Of a stretch of 37,874 nucleotides of DNA, positions 11,008-19,900 are shown piece after piece; within the stretch, counting starts at the first letter, position 1; each line of letters begins with the position of its first letter. The notes beneath the pieces were generated by a model. It searched no databases, was not told the origin of the DNA, and was given only the letters and a program-made list of their open reading frames with translations. Source of the stretch: Lentimicrobiaceae bacterium (GTDB lineage Bacteria; Bacteroidota; Bacteroidia; Bacteroidales; SKPS01); NCBI GenBank assembly GCA_007119395.1, contig SKPS01000251.1:1-37874 (forward strand), read 5' to 3'. The position numbers were made by a program, and so were the translations under genes.

Positions 11008-12279
11008 TTAATCGATGAGATCGAAGCCGGTATAGCGTCTCAGCACTTCAGGGATGATGATCCCTTGGGGTGTTTGGTTGTTTTCCAGCAGTGCGGCCAC
11101 GATCCGTGGCAGTGCAAGTGCAGAACCATTGAGTGTATGCGCCTGAACAGATTTGCCGTCTGCATTTTTATATCGCAGCTTCATCCTGTTTGCCTGGAAT
11201 GACTCAAAATTGGATACCGAACTCACCTCAAGCCACCTCTTCTGGGCCGCTGAAAAGACTTCAAAGTCGTAGGTCATGGCAGAGGCAAAGCTCATGTCGC
11301 CTCCGCAAAGCTTCAACACCCTGTATGGGAGGTTGAGCTTCCTGATCAATGAAGCTGCATGCTCACGCATCTCCTCCAGCGCCTGATTCGAACGTTCAGG
11401 ATTGGTGACCTGCACAATTTCCACCTTGTCAAACTGATGCAAACGATTCAGTCCCCTGACATCCTTGCCGTATGACCCTGCTTCTCTCCTGAAACAGGGC
11501 GAATAGGCAGTAATTTTAATTGGGAAATCGGATTCACGAAGGATTACGTCTCTGAAAATATTGGTTAGTGTCACCTCTGATGTTGGGATCAACCACAGTT
11601 GGTCATCAGTGATGCAATACATCTGACCGTCTTTGTCAGGTAGCTGGCCTGTGCCGTATGCCGAATCCTCGTTTACTGCAAGAGGCGTTTGGTACTCTGT
11701 GTAACCGGCTTCCGCTGCCTGGTCTAGGAAAAAGGTGATCAGCGCACGCTGTAGCTTGGCGCCTTTTCCTTTGTAAAAAGGGAACCCCGCCCCGGTCACT
11801 TTTGAGCCCAGCTCAAAATCGATGATGTCGTATTTGGCTGCCAACTCCCAGTGAGGGAGTGCATCCTGAGCCAGTGCAGGCATCTGCCCATGGCTCTCAA
11901 CTTCTTCGTTGTCATCGGGAGTACGCCCCGCCGGTACTCCCTCCTGCGGAAGATTGGGCAGTTGAACCATCAGGTCGTGAATGCGAACAACCAGCTTCGA
12001 CATGCCTGCCTCCAAAGCCTTTGAAACACTCTTTAGCTCCTGTGAACGAAACTTCAGAGAATCCGCCTCTGCTTTGTTGCCCTCTTTAAAACACAAGGCA
12101 ATCTCTTTCGACAAACGATTGCTCTCGGCCAAATGGTCGTCAAGCATCTTCTGCGTCTCCCTCTTCTGACTGTCAAGATCGATCACAAGATCGATCATCT
12201 CACTGGCATCAAAGTTTTTAACCTTTAGCCGTTCAATGACCCATTGCGGGTTTTCTCTGATGGTTTGAATTGATAACAT
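11008..12279 (-). CDS. serS: serine--tRNA ligase
   Basis: 423 aa. It has an N-terminal coiled-coil arm, the class II core CFRREAGSYGKDVRGLNRLHQFDKVE, and the C-terminal GSALALPRIVAALLENNQ. Confidence 0.95.
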   Translation of the reverse strand: MLSIQTIRENPQWVIERLKVKNFDASEMIDLVIDLDSQKRETQKMLDDHLAESNRLSKEIALCFKEGNKAEADSLKFRSQELKSVSKALEAGMSKLVVRIHDLMVQLPNLPQEGVPAGRTPDDNEEVESHGQMPALAQDALPHWELAAKYDIIDFELGSKVTGAGFPFYKGKGAKLQRALITFFLDQAAEAGYTEYQTPLAVNEDSAYGTGQLPDKDGQMYCITDDQLWLIPTSEVTLTNIFRDVILRESDFPIKITAYSPCFRREAGSYGKDVRGLNRLHQFDKVEIVQVTNPERSNQALEEMREHAASLIRKLNLPYRVLKLCGGDMSFASAMTYDFEVFSAAQKRWLEVSSVSNFESFQANRMKLRYKNADGKSVQAHTLNGSALALPRIVAALLENNQTPQGIIIPEVLRRYTGFDLID

Positions 12280-12329
12280 CCAATCTTTGGTTTTTGGTGG
12301 GATGGTTAAGATCAGTTTCTGTTTTTGAC

Positions 12330-12365
12330 AAAAAAAAACCCGGTGATCAGGCCGGTATTTTTTTA
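12330..12365 (-). terminator. putative intrinsic terminator after rplU-rpmA
   Basis: The minus-strand RNA reads ...ACCGGCCUGAUCACCGGG followed by U9. The stem is a short GC pairing (CCGG/CCGG). It lies 16 nt past the rpmA stop. The stem is weak (4-5 bp), so confidence is moderate. Confidence 0.45.
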
Positions 12366-12380
12366 CAATATTGTAAGGTA

Positions 12381-12650
12381 TCAGTTGGCCTCAGTGCCAA
12401 AAGGCTCTACCGATACATACGATCTGTTTTGTTTTTTCTTTTGAAATTTCACCACACCATCAACCAATGCGAAGAGGGTGTGGTCTTTGCCCATCCCTAC
12501 GTTTTCACCGGGATAATGCGCGGTGCCACGTTGACGAACAATGATGTTTCCGGCAATGGCAGCCTGACCACCAAAGATTTTTACTCCCAATCGTTTGCTT
12601 TCCGATTCGCGGCCGTTCTGTGAACTACCCGCACCTTTCTTATGAGCCAT
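12381..12650 (-). CDS. rpmA: 50S ribosomal protein L27
   Basis: 89 aa. [29 protein letters not shown] is the canonical L27 N-terminus. Confidence 0.97.
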   Translation of the reverse strand: MAHKKGAGSSQNGRESESKRLGVKIFGGQAAIAGNIIVRQRGTAHYPGENVGMGKDHTLFALVDGVVKFQKKKQNRSYVSVEPFGTEAN

Positions 12651-12671
12651 GATATATCCTCTTTTTTGTTA

Positions 12672-13070
12672 TTATTCTGCGCTGTCACCGGTTGTTTCCG
12701 GAGTAACTGATTCTGCCTGAGGAGCCTCTTCGGTAACAGCTGCCACAGGTTGTGCTCCACGGGGTGAGATCTGATCGATACGCACCTGGCTTAAATTCTG
12801 CCTGTGACCGTTCAGTTTCTGGTATCCTTTTCTTCTCTTTTTTCTGAAGATCAATACTTTATCTCCTCTCAGGTGCGAAAGAATGGTCGCCGATACAGAT
12901 GCTCCGTCAATCACAGGTTGCCCTATCTCAACTGAACCATCCGAATCAATCATTAACACCTTGTCAAATACTACAGAACTCCCCTCTTCACCTTGCAAAC
13001 GGTGAATGAAAACTTGCTGCCCCTCCTGAATCCTGTATTGTCTGCCGTCTAAATCAACAATTGCGTACAT
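12672..13070 (-). CDS. rplU: 50S ribosomal protein L21 with an acidic C-terminal extension
   Basis: 132 aa. MYAIVDLDGRQYRIQEGQ is the canonical L21 N-terminus, and KKRRKGYQKLNGHRQ is present. It lies 21 nt upstream of rpmA. Confidence 0.95.
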   Translation of the reverse strand: MYAIVDLDGRQYRIQEGQQVFIHRLQGEEGSSVVFDKVLMIDSDGSVEIGQPVIDGASVSATILSHLRGDKVLIFRKKRRKGYQKLNGHRQNLSQVRIDQISPRGAQPVAAVTEEAPQAESVTPETTGDSAE

Positions 13071-13094
13071 CTTCTCTGCGTTGTTTGTCCTGCA

Positions 13095-13114
13095 TTATCA
13101 CAGAACAGTGATAA
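13095..13114 (-). promoter_or_regulatory. 7-bp inverted repeat (hairpin) in the putative rplU 5' leader
   Basis: ttatcac-agaaca-gtgataa is a perfect 7-bp stem with a 6-nt loop. It lies 25-44 nt upstream of the rplU ATG and downstream of the candidate -7 box. Confidence 0.3.
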
Positions 13115-13173
13115 AAATCATTCGTTTTAACCTCCTCCGGTACCCCTGCGGATTCAACCCGGATTTTGGGCTG

Positions 13174-13181
13174 CAAAGATA
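13174..13181 (-). promoter_or_regulatory. candidate Bacteroidota -7 box for rplU-rpmA (TATCTTTG on the minus strand)
   Basis: The + strand caaagata is TAnnTTTG on the minus strand, 103 nt upstream of the rplU ATG. Confidence 0.35.
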
Positions 13182-13238
13182 ACAAGATTTTTGAAAAACA
13201 ATAGGGTAAGAAGAAAAAATTATAAACGGTTTATTCTG

Positions 13239-13246
13239 TAGTTTTG
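13239..13246 (+). promoter_or_regulatory. candidate Bacteroidota -7 box for lptB (TAGTTTTG)
   Basis: Exact TAnnTTTG match, 22 nt upstream of ATG 13268. The ispB box has the same spacing. Confidence 0.4.
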
Positions 13247-13267
13247 CAGGATGAACATTCACATACC

Positions 13268-13993
13268 ATGATATTAAAGGCAGAACATCTTACGAAGAGA
13301 TACCGGAACCGAACGGTGGTTAACGATGTGTCAATCCAATTGAGCAAAGGTGAAATTGTTGGATTGCTTGGTCCCAACGGAGCCGGAAAGACCACCACGT
13401 TTTATATGATTGTTGGGCTGATCAAGGCCAATGAGGGGAAGATTTTTCTTGATGATCGTGAGATCACCAAAATGCCGATGTATGAGCGGGCCCGGCATGG
13501 CATCGGGTATCTGGCGCAGGAAGCTTCCGTATTTCGGCGTATGAGCGTTGAAAACAATATTCGGGCAGTGTTGCAATTCACACCACTCACCCGTCATGAG
13601 CAGGACCAACGTCTGGAGGTGCTGATAGGAGAGTTTGGTTTGGGTCATGTAAGAAAGAGTCTTGGCATCACCCTTTCAGGCGGTGAAAGGCGAAGAACTG
13701 AGATTGCCAGGGCGCTGGCCACTGACCCCGGCTTTATCCTGCTTGACGAACCGTTTGCCGGTGTGGACCCTATTGCTGTTGAGGATATCCAAACCATTGT
13801 ATCCCGGCTGAAAGAGAAAAACATCGGGATACTGATAACTGACCACAACGTGCATGAAACCCTGTCCATCACCAACAGGGCCTATCTCCTGTTTGAAGGG
13901 AGTATTTTGAAGTCGGGCACGGCAGAAGAGCTGGCGATGGATGAACAGGTGCGAAAAGTGTACCTTGGAACCAACTTTGAACTGAGAAAATAA
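13268..13993 (+). CDS. lptB: LPS export ABC transporter ATP-binding protein LptB
   Basis: ABC motifs are present: Walker [10 protein letters not shown], signature LSGGERRR, Walker [13 protein letters not shown]-loop ITDHNV. It is a stand-alone ATPase of about 241 aa. I set the start to ATG 13268 because the track's TTG at 13244 lies inside the putative -7 box. Confidence 0.88.
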   Translation: MILKAEHLTKRYRNRTVVNDVSIQLSKGEIVGLLGPNGAGKTTTFYMIVGLIKANEGKIFLDDREITKMPMYERARHGIGYLAQEASVFRRMSVENNIRAVLQFTPLTRHEQDQRLEVLIGEFGLGHVRKSLGITLSGGERRRTEIARALATDPGFILLDEPFAGVDPIAVEDIQTIVSRLKEKNIGILITDHNVHETLSITNRAYLLFEGSILKSGTAEELAMDEQVRKVYLGTNFELRK

Positions 13994-14043
13994 AATCCGG
14001 GCCGTCGGTTTTCTCTGTAAGACCAGAGGCGGTCAGCACGATA

Positions 14044-15759
14044 TTATCGCTTTCTGAGTTTTTTCGGAACAATAGCATACGACAAAACAATCAGCAACAT
14101 CAGCACTGTAAAGACTACTGCCATTCGGCCGATGTAATCACCGTATCTCACATAGAATGTGATGGTGTCATTGGTATATATTGTATGGCTAATGGCATCG
14201 GGCACCCAATAGGGTGTTGGCTGGATCATATCACCTCTTCCGTTGATAAAGCTGGTGATGCCTGTGTTTGCTGAGCGGGCAATCTCACGTCGTGTTTCAA
14301 TCGCTCTGAGTGAGGCAAACGCATTGTGCTGCCGGTGTCCGGGGGTATCCCCCCACCATCCGTCGTTGGTAATGATAAACATAAATTGTGCACCGTTCCG
14401 TACAAACTCCCCATAGAATTCACCAAACACCGATTCATAGCAGATGGCCACACCATATTTGGTTTGTGTATGGGTGTGAACAAACACACTCCGCTCACTG
14501 TCGATGCCAAGGGTGCCTACGGTACCACCCAGGTCGATGGCCATATCACCAACCAATGGCGCCAGGTACTTTTTAAAAGGAAGTCTTTCTACACCTGCCA
14601 CCAGTTTTGATTTGTGTGTGATGCCGGTTACACCTGTGGTGTCTATCGCCATTCCAAGGTTGTATGCATTGTAGTATTTTGTGGTGATTTCTGGGTCAAC
14701 ACCATGGTAGTCGGCATACCATTTTTGAAAATAGGGTTGCATCTCTCTGGCCGATAATTCTATTTCTTCATCAATATAAAACATTCTGAATGAAGATGCT
14801 CCGGCGATTACTGTGAGGTGGGGGCGCTGTTTGACAAATGCCCTCAGGCTGTCGATACTGGGAGAGTGGTCGAAGTGAGGTTCCCAGATGTTTTCCTGGA
14901 TCATCGACTCAGGTCCCACCACGAAATGTGTATTGGGCTTGATCAGGGGTTCTGCCAGGGTAAGGAAGTTGTTGATGGCTGCGAGCGGGCCGATGGTGTA
15001 CTGCTCTTTGTACGGGTCGATATTGGGTTGAACAAGCACTACGTTGATGGGTTCTCCTGTTGGTTTCCAGGTGTGGTATTTTATGATGGAGATGGCAGAA
15101 GGGATGAGGATCCATGCCACCAGCACGCTTATCAGAATACGGTGTTTACGCAAGGGCAGGGTAGGGGAGGATGGCACAAGGCGCGGTCGGGCCAGAATAA
15201 ACACCATTATATTGATGACCAGCAACCAGAGTGTTCCGCCGGCCACGCCGGTATATTCGTACCACTGCACCCATGAGGGCCAGGCTACAAACACATTGCC
15301 AAGGGAATACCAGGGGTAGGTGAGGTCCCAATTGTGGTGCAGGTGCTCAAAGGCGAGCCAGTAACATATCAACAGATAGTAACCGGCATTGCCCGATTTG
15401 AAGTGTTTGCGACCGGAATGAAAGAGCACCATGACCAGGCTCATCAATAAGCTGTTAAGCACTACAGCACTGATCGCTCCAAACAGAGATGCATTTTTCA
15501 GCCACCAGCTGCCGGCTACACCATATATCACAAACGCTACCATTGAGAGCAGAAAGAAAGCACCTGTGAAATGGTGCCCTCTGTTTCTGTGCATCACCTC
15601 CTCAATCCAGAGCAGAGGAACGAGAGCAATAAACATCAGCCATGGGACTCCCCGCACCGGAATGGTGGCGGAAAGCAACAAGCCGGTCAGGATGGCCGGT
15701 ATCAGCAGATGATAAAACCGAAATGGAACTGTGTGAGCATCCGTTTTATCTGGTTTCAT
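14044..15759 (-). CDS. lnt: apolipoprotein N-acyltransferase
   Basis: It has a multi-TM N-terminal half and a CN-hydrolase domain with GVAICYES (catalytic Cys) and HKSKLV. I set the start to ATG 15759 (MKPDKTDAH...), 13 nt after the upstream gene's stop, rather than 15813, which would overlap that gene. Confidence 0.88.
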   Translation of the reverse strand: MKPDKTDAHTVPFRFYHLLIPAILTGLLLSATIPVRGVPWLMFIALVPLLWIEEVMHRNRGHHFTGAFFLLSMVAFVIYGVAGSWWLKNASLFGAISAVVLNSLLMSLVMVLFHSGRKHFKSGNAGYYLLICYWLAFEHLHHNWDLTYPWYSLGNVFVAWPSWVQWYEYTGVAGGTLWLLVINIMVFILARPRLVPSSPTLPLRKHRILISVLVAWILIPSAISIIKYHTWKPTGEPINVVLVQPNIDPYKEQYTIGPLAAINNFLTLAEPLIKPNTHFVVGPESMIQENIWEPHFDHSPSIDSLRAFVKQRPHLTVIAGASSFRMFYIDEEIELSAREMQPYFQKWYADYHGVDPEITTKYYNAYNLGMAIDTTGVTGITHKSKLVAGVERLPFKKYLAPLVGDMAIDLGGTVGTLGIDSERSVFVHTHTQTKYGVAICYESVFGEFYGEFVRNGAQFMFIITNDGWWGDTPGHRQHNAFASLRAIETRREIARSANTGITSFINGRGDMIQPTPYWVPDAISHTIYTNDTITFYVRYGDYIGRMAVVFTVLMLLIVLSYAIVPKKLRKR

Positions 15760-15772
15760 AAAATGGAGTTTT

Positions 15773-16888
15773 TTAGGAAGGGTCAGGCAATTGGGGTCTC
15801 TCTTTGTTGGCACTCAGATTGAGTCTTAACGAGAAGATATTTGAATAGAGAGCCGAAGAGGCATTGCCCAGGTTCGTCAATGCGTAGTCGATAATCACTT
15901 TGTTTCTGAAGACCAGTCCTGCACCCATATTGGGTTGAAAGGTTGTGATTCGTTTTCCGTCGATGGCGTACTCTTGCTGAATGTTTCCAACCCCACCCCT
16001 GATAAAGATAAAATCGCCCACTGAGAGCTCCAGTCCGGCGTGGGGATCTATGCTGAAAGGTTTCGAGCGAATAAGGGTGTTTCGTCTGCCATCGGAAGTG
16101 ATGTCGAGGTTCACTTCAGCATACAATGTGATCCGTTCACCTAAAGAGAAGCTGCGACCTGCTCCGGCCAGCAGTCTGGGCATTGTAATTTCCAGTGAGT
16201 TTTCAGGGATCTCATTGCCGGTTTGTGTGAATACATCAATCATTTTATCGGTCAGGTTAAACGACCAGGCATTGAAGGTGCTGGTAATGTCTCTGCCAAC
16301 GAGTCCAAACTTCCATTGATTGTATGAATACTGCACTCCAATGTCAAAGCCAAATCCCCATGCACCGGCAAAGTCACCCACTTTGCGTCGTATCACTTTG
16401 GTGCTTCCACCCAGGGTGAGCCCTTCGATGCCCAGCTCTTTGGCATAGGAGAGCAGCAGTGCGAAGTCGATGGCTGAGAAGGAGCGGATTCTGTCGTAGT
16501 TGATGTTTCCATTGGCGTCGATCAGTTCTGAGGTATCGGGGATGTCATCCACGGCAAAGCGTATGAACGTGATGCCTGCGGTGCTGGTGCGATCCATTTG
16601 TGCCACTACGCTGCCATAATCATACTTCGCGATGCCGGCAAAATATTCAGCATGCATCAGTCCCAGTTGCAGTCGGGTTGGTTTTTTCATCATACCGGCC
16701 GGGTTCCAGTAAGCAGCCGGAGCACCCTGGGCGGATGCCACCACGCTGTTGGCCATGCCGAATGACCGGGCATCAACACCCAGTGTCAGGAATTCATTGC
16801 TGTACTTGGGCGCCTGAGCCTGAACGAGAACCGGCAGGGATAACAGCAGCACCATGAATAGTGAAATCGTTCCGGTATTGTATCGCAT
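15773..16888 (-). CDS. porV: PorV/PorQ-family outer-membrane beta-barrel, probably PorV (T9SS shuttle protein)
   Basis: 371 aa. The signal peptide is MRYNTGTISLFMVLLLSLPVLVQA. The family-like N-terminal motif is FLTLGVDARSFGMANSVVAS...AAYWNPAG. Alternating beta-strand patterns run to the C-terminus. It lies 57 nt downstream of the PorU-like gene, as in the known porU-porV arrangement. Confidence 0.65.
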   Translation of the reverse strand: MRYNTGTISLFMVLLLSLPVLVQAQAPKYSNEFLTLGVDARSFGMANSVVASAQGAPAAYWNPAGMMKKPTRLQLGLMHAEYFAGIAKYDYGSVVAQMDRTSTAGITFIRFAVDDIPDTSELIDANGNINYDRIRSFSAIDFALLLSYAKELGIEGLTLGGSTKVIRRKVGDFAGAWGFGFDIGVQYSYNQWKFGLVGRDITSTFNAWSFNLTDKMIDVFTQTGNEIPENSLEITMPRLLAGAGRSFSLGERITLYAEVNLDITSDGRRNTLIRSKPFSIDPHAGLELSVGDFIFIRGGVGNIQQEYAIDGKRITTFQPNMGAGLVFRNKVIIDYALTNLGNASSALYSNIFSLRLNLSANKERPQLPDPS

Positions 16889-16945
16889 ATCTTATGTTAT
16901 AATTTTCTGATCATTAACGTAAAACAGTGAATGTTATTTCGGGGT

Positions 16946-19900
16946 TTAACGCATCAGGTACATTTTCCCCCACCCTTCTCTGAAGTAGGGGTCTGCTCCC
17001 GATGCCGCTCTTTCAATTTGCCGGTCACGAATACTGGAGTGTACACGATATAGGTATACACCGTTGGCTACACGGTCACCAAACTCGTCTGTACCATCCC
17101 AATAGCCCATGGTGATGTTCCGTCCAAGATTGATTGGCCCCAGTTCAGCCATTGTAAGCTCACGAATCACCCTGCCCGAAATGGTCATGATCTGAATCCT
17201 GAAATCGGTTGGCACTTCATGCCCGGTAAGGGTGAATACAAAATGGGTTTTTGTGGTGAAGGGGTTGGGCCAGTTGAGCACTTCGGTAATAGAAGCCTGG
17301 CTGATCACTTTGAAGGAGATCTGATATGAAACCGACCCTGACTCACCATACGACTTATCGGTTGCTTCCACCCTGAACAGGTAGGTTCCGTCACGCCCCA
17401 GGAAGTCAGCAGGAAAGAGAATACGGCACTGGTTGTTTGTGCCCGAAGCCGGATAAAAGATCATTTGTTCCACGCCACCTTTTCTGAAAAACAGTTGTTG
17501 AAATTCGCTTTCATGTGGCGACCTGAGGTATACTCTGAAAAGGGCGGTGTCTTCTGGTTGGTTGAAGAGGAAGAATGGGTTTTCATCGTTGAGTTGTATC
17601 TCAATCATGGGTTGTGCTGAGATGATATCACCATCGAGAATACGGATCCCGTCAAAGGTGACATCAAGCAGCGGGCTTTGGTCATCGGCAGTAACTTCGA
17701 AGTGGATTTCAGCCATGTTGTTGATGTGCGTCTGTTCCGGTTGGTCGTAGAATCCTGTTTGAGGATTTACTGGGTTCACTTCGATTATGAGGGTCGCGAG
17801 CCCCGGGGTGAGGGTTGCTGTAGGCAAGGTAAAATGGTCAATGAACAAGGTGTCACCGGCGGGATGTTCACGGTATCGCCGGTAGGTTGATTTATGTGTT
17901 TGGCGGTGGCTGTCAACGATCCAGCTGTGTACCAGTAGGCTGTCCATTGGCTGGTTGCTGATATTTCGTGTTGCAATGGAGAAGCGCAATGAATCTCCTT
18001 GCTGGATGGTGTCATGGTGAAACGTAAAGCGACTGGATGGGTCGAGTGCTGTTTCTCCAACGGGGGTGTAATACACCATCCAGGAGTGTAGCTGAGCAGG
18101 TGTTCTGTAGACATCATCGCGCATCTTTGCCTCGAAGCGGAGGGTTGGGTACACTTCTGCGTCCAGTATTTGGCTGAGGTTTACAATGCTGTCGGGATGA
18201 GGCTTGATATCGGCAAGGGCAGCTATGTGGTGAGGGTTCCCAAAGCGATCGATGGGTACCAGGGAGAACTTGACGGAGTCAGTGTTCTGCGGATCTGATG
18301 CGAGTGGCGACTGTTTCCAGAAGGCACTGCCCCACTCTTTTGCCGGTCCGATTTCGGTTGAGAGGATGGTTCCCTGATACCAGTTGATGTCCAATAGCCG
18401 GAGGATCCGTGTGGTGTCTGAACTGCCGGTTGACACCACTTCATGCACTTTGTTCGGGTCACCGATCGGAGCCCCTTTCTGGCCGAATATGATATATGAA
18501 CTGCCCGATGGCAGGTTTCTGATGGAGGCGCTTCCAATGGATTCGAATCCTTGTAGCACCGCTTCGGGCAATGATCCGGCATGGTGGTCTTTGATACTGT
18601 ATGCCAACACATAGTGCCCTGCCGGTATGGAGTCGAAAAAGGCTGCCAGCCGACTGGTCCAGTGAGAACTGTGTGTTGGAAACTCAAACGCGTTAAGCTG
18701 GGTTGCCGGGGCTTGGTAGTTGCCCCAATTGCCACTCCAGGTTGAGGAGGTGTTGATGGCACGTATTGGCTCTGCGGCGATGGTATCAAACACGGCAAAG
18801 ATGAACCCTCCCGGTAAGCTGTGCTTGATGATTTCGGAGGATTGATATTTGAAATTTCCGTTGATGGAGTAGTAGTGCTGGTTGGCATGGAGGGAGGGAA
18901 ACATCCCGGTTTGTGCGATAATCTCCCGCTGCCCGCTGATGAATTCAAAGACCCCTGCTGCCGGGTGGTGTACAATGTTCTGGTATTGGTTTTTGGTGAA
19001 CTGATGCGGGTGGGCCTGTGCCCATCCTGTTCTTCCAGGGATATACCTGAAAGAGCTGTGCCTCCAATCGGTAATCCCTTCCGGGTGGTCGAGGCTGTCA
19101 ACGCTTACACGCCAGAAATAGACAGCGCTGTCAATCAGCGTTATGGGCGGAGTCCAGCTAAACACCCCGCCGGTGCCCTGCAGAGATGAGGATGCCAAAA
19201 CGGTTGAGAATCCGGGGTTGTCAGACAGCTCGAAGTGGTATCTCTTATGGCTTGAAAAGGGATCAATGGTGCTGGCATACAATGTCACCTGCGGGTCAGC
19301 TACCACAGCGTATTCGTAAGGATATATCGGAAGCAGGCTCGATGCCTTGATGTGCAACGGAACGGAGGTGCTGTTGTTGGTCTCATCCGACTCCTGTATC
19401 TGAAACAGGGCGTCAAGGGTCACCTCAATCGTATTGAGGCCTACCCCAAAGGTCTTCTCCACAGGGAGCATCACCACAAAGGTGTCAATGAATGCTGTGC
19501 TGGGGAGATGCAACAGTGTGTCAAACAATTGTTGATCGGGGAAGGTTCTCCGAATGCTGACGGCAAAAGAGTCTTTGACCGCTTTGCCGGGGTTTTTGCT
19601 GATGATATGAACTGCAAAGCTATCAAGCTCATTGGAGATATCGGATGGTTTGAAAAAGACCTGTGACGGACTGATTTGGTAATCGGGCAGCTCCTGAACC
19701 GACAGTACAATGGCGGGGTCGCCATGCAATGTTGTTTGCTGGTAGGAAGCGACATGGTAAAAGATGGTGCTTGTGCTGAGCGGCCTCATGGCATGCCTGG
19801 TTAGCTCGCCCAGTGTTTTACCGTAACCAGCTCTTGACATATAATGATACAGCGTATCGTTGATCAGGTTGAGCGCATCAATGGTTGAGTAGTTGGAAGA

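Noticed and set aside
13244-13267. TTG start for lptB at 13244, as given by the ORF track
   Set aside because: That TTG lies inside the exact TAnnTTTG promoter box. ATG 13268 gives the canonical [16 protein letters not shown]-terminus.
14013-14028. A weak hairpin (ctctg-taagac-cagag) in the 50-bp convergent gap between lptB and lnt, considered as a bidirectional terminator
   Set aside because: The stem is only 5 bp and there is no adjacent U/A tract on either strand. That is too weak to call.
18538-18552. A T-loop-like string (ggattcgaatcc) reminiscent of a tRNA
   Set aside because: It is embedded in the PorU coding frame. I found no flanking acceptor, D or anticodon stems that could form a cloverleaf.
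18223-19101. 292-aa minus-strand ORF inside porU in another frame
   Set aside because: It is a Pro/Ser/Thr/Arg-rich, low-complexity translation wholly embedded in the well-supported PorU frame. I treat it as an off-frame shadow.
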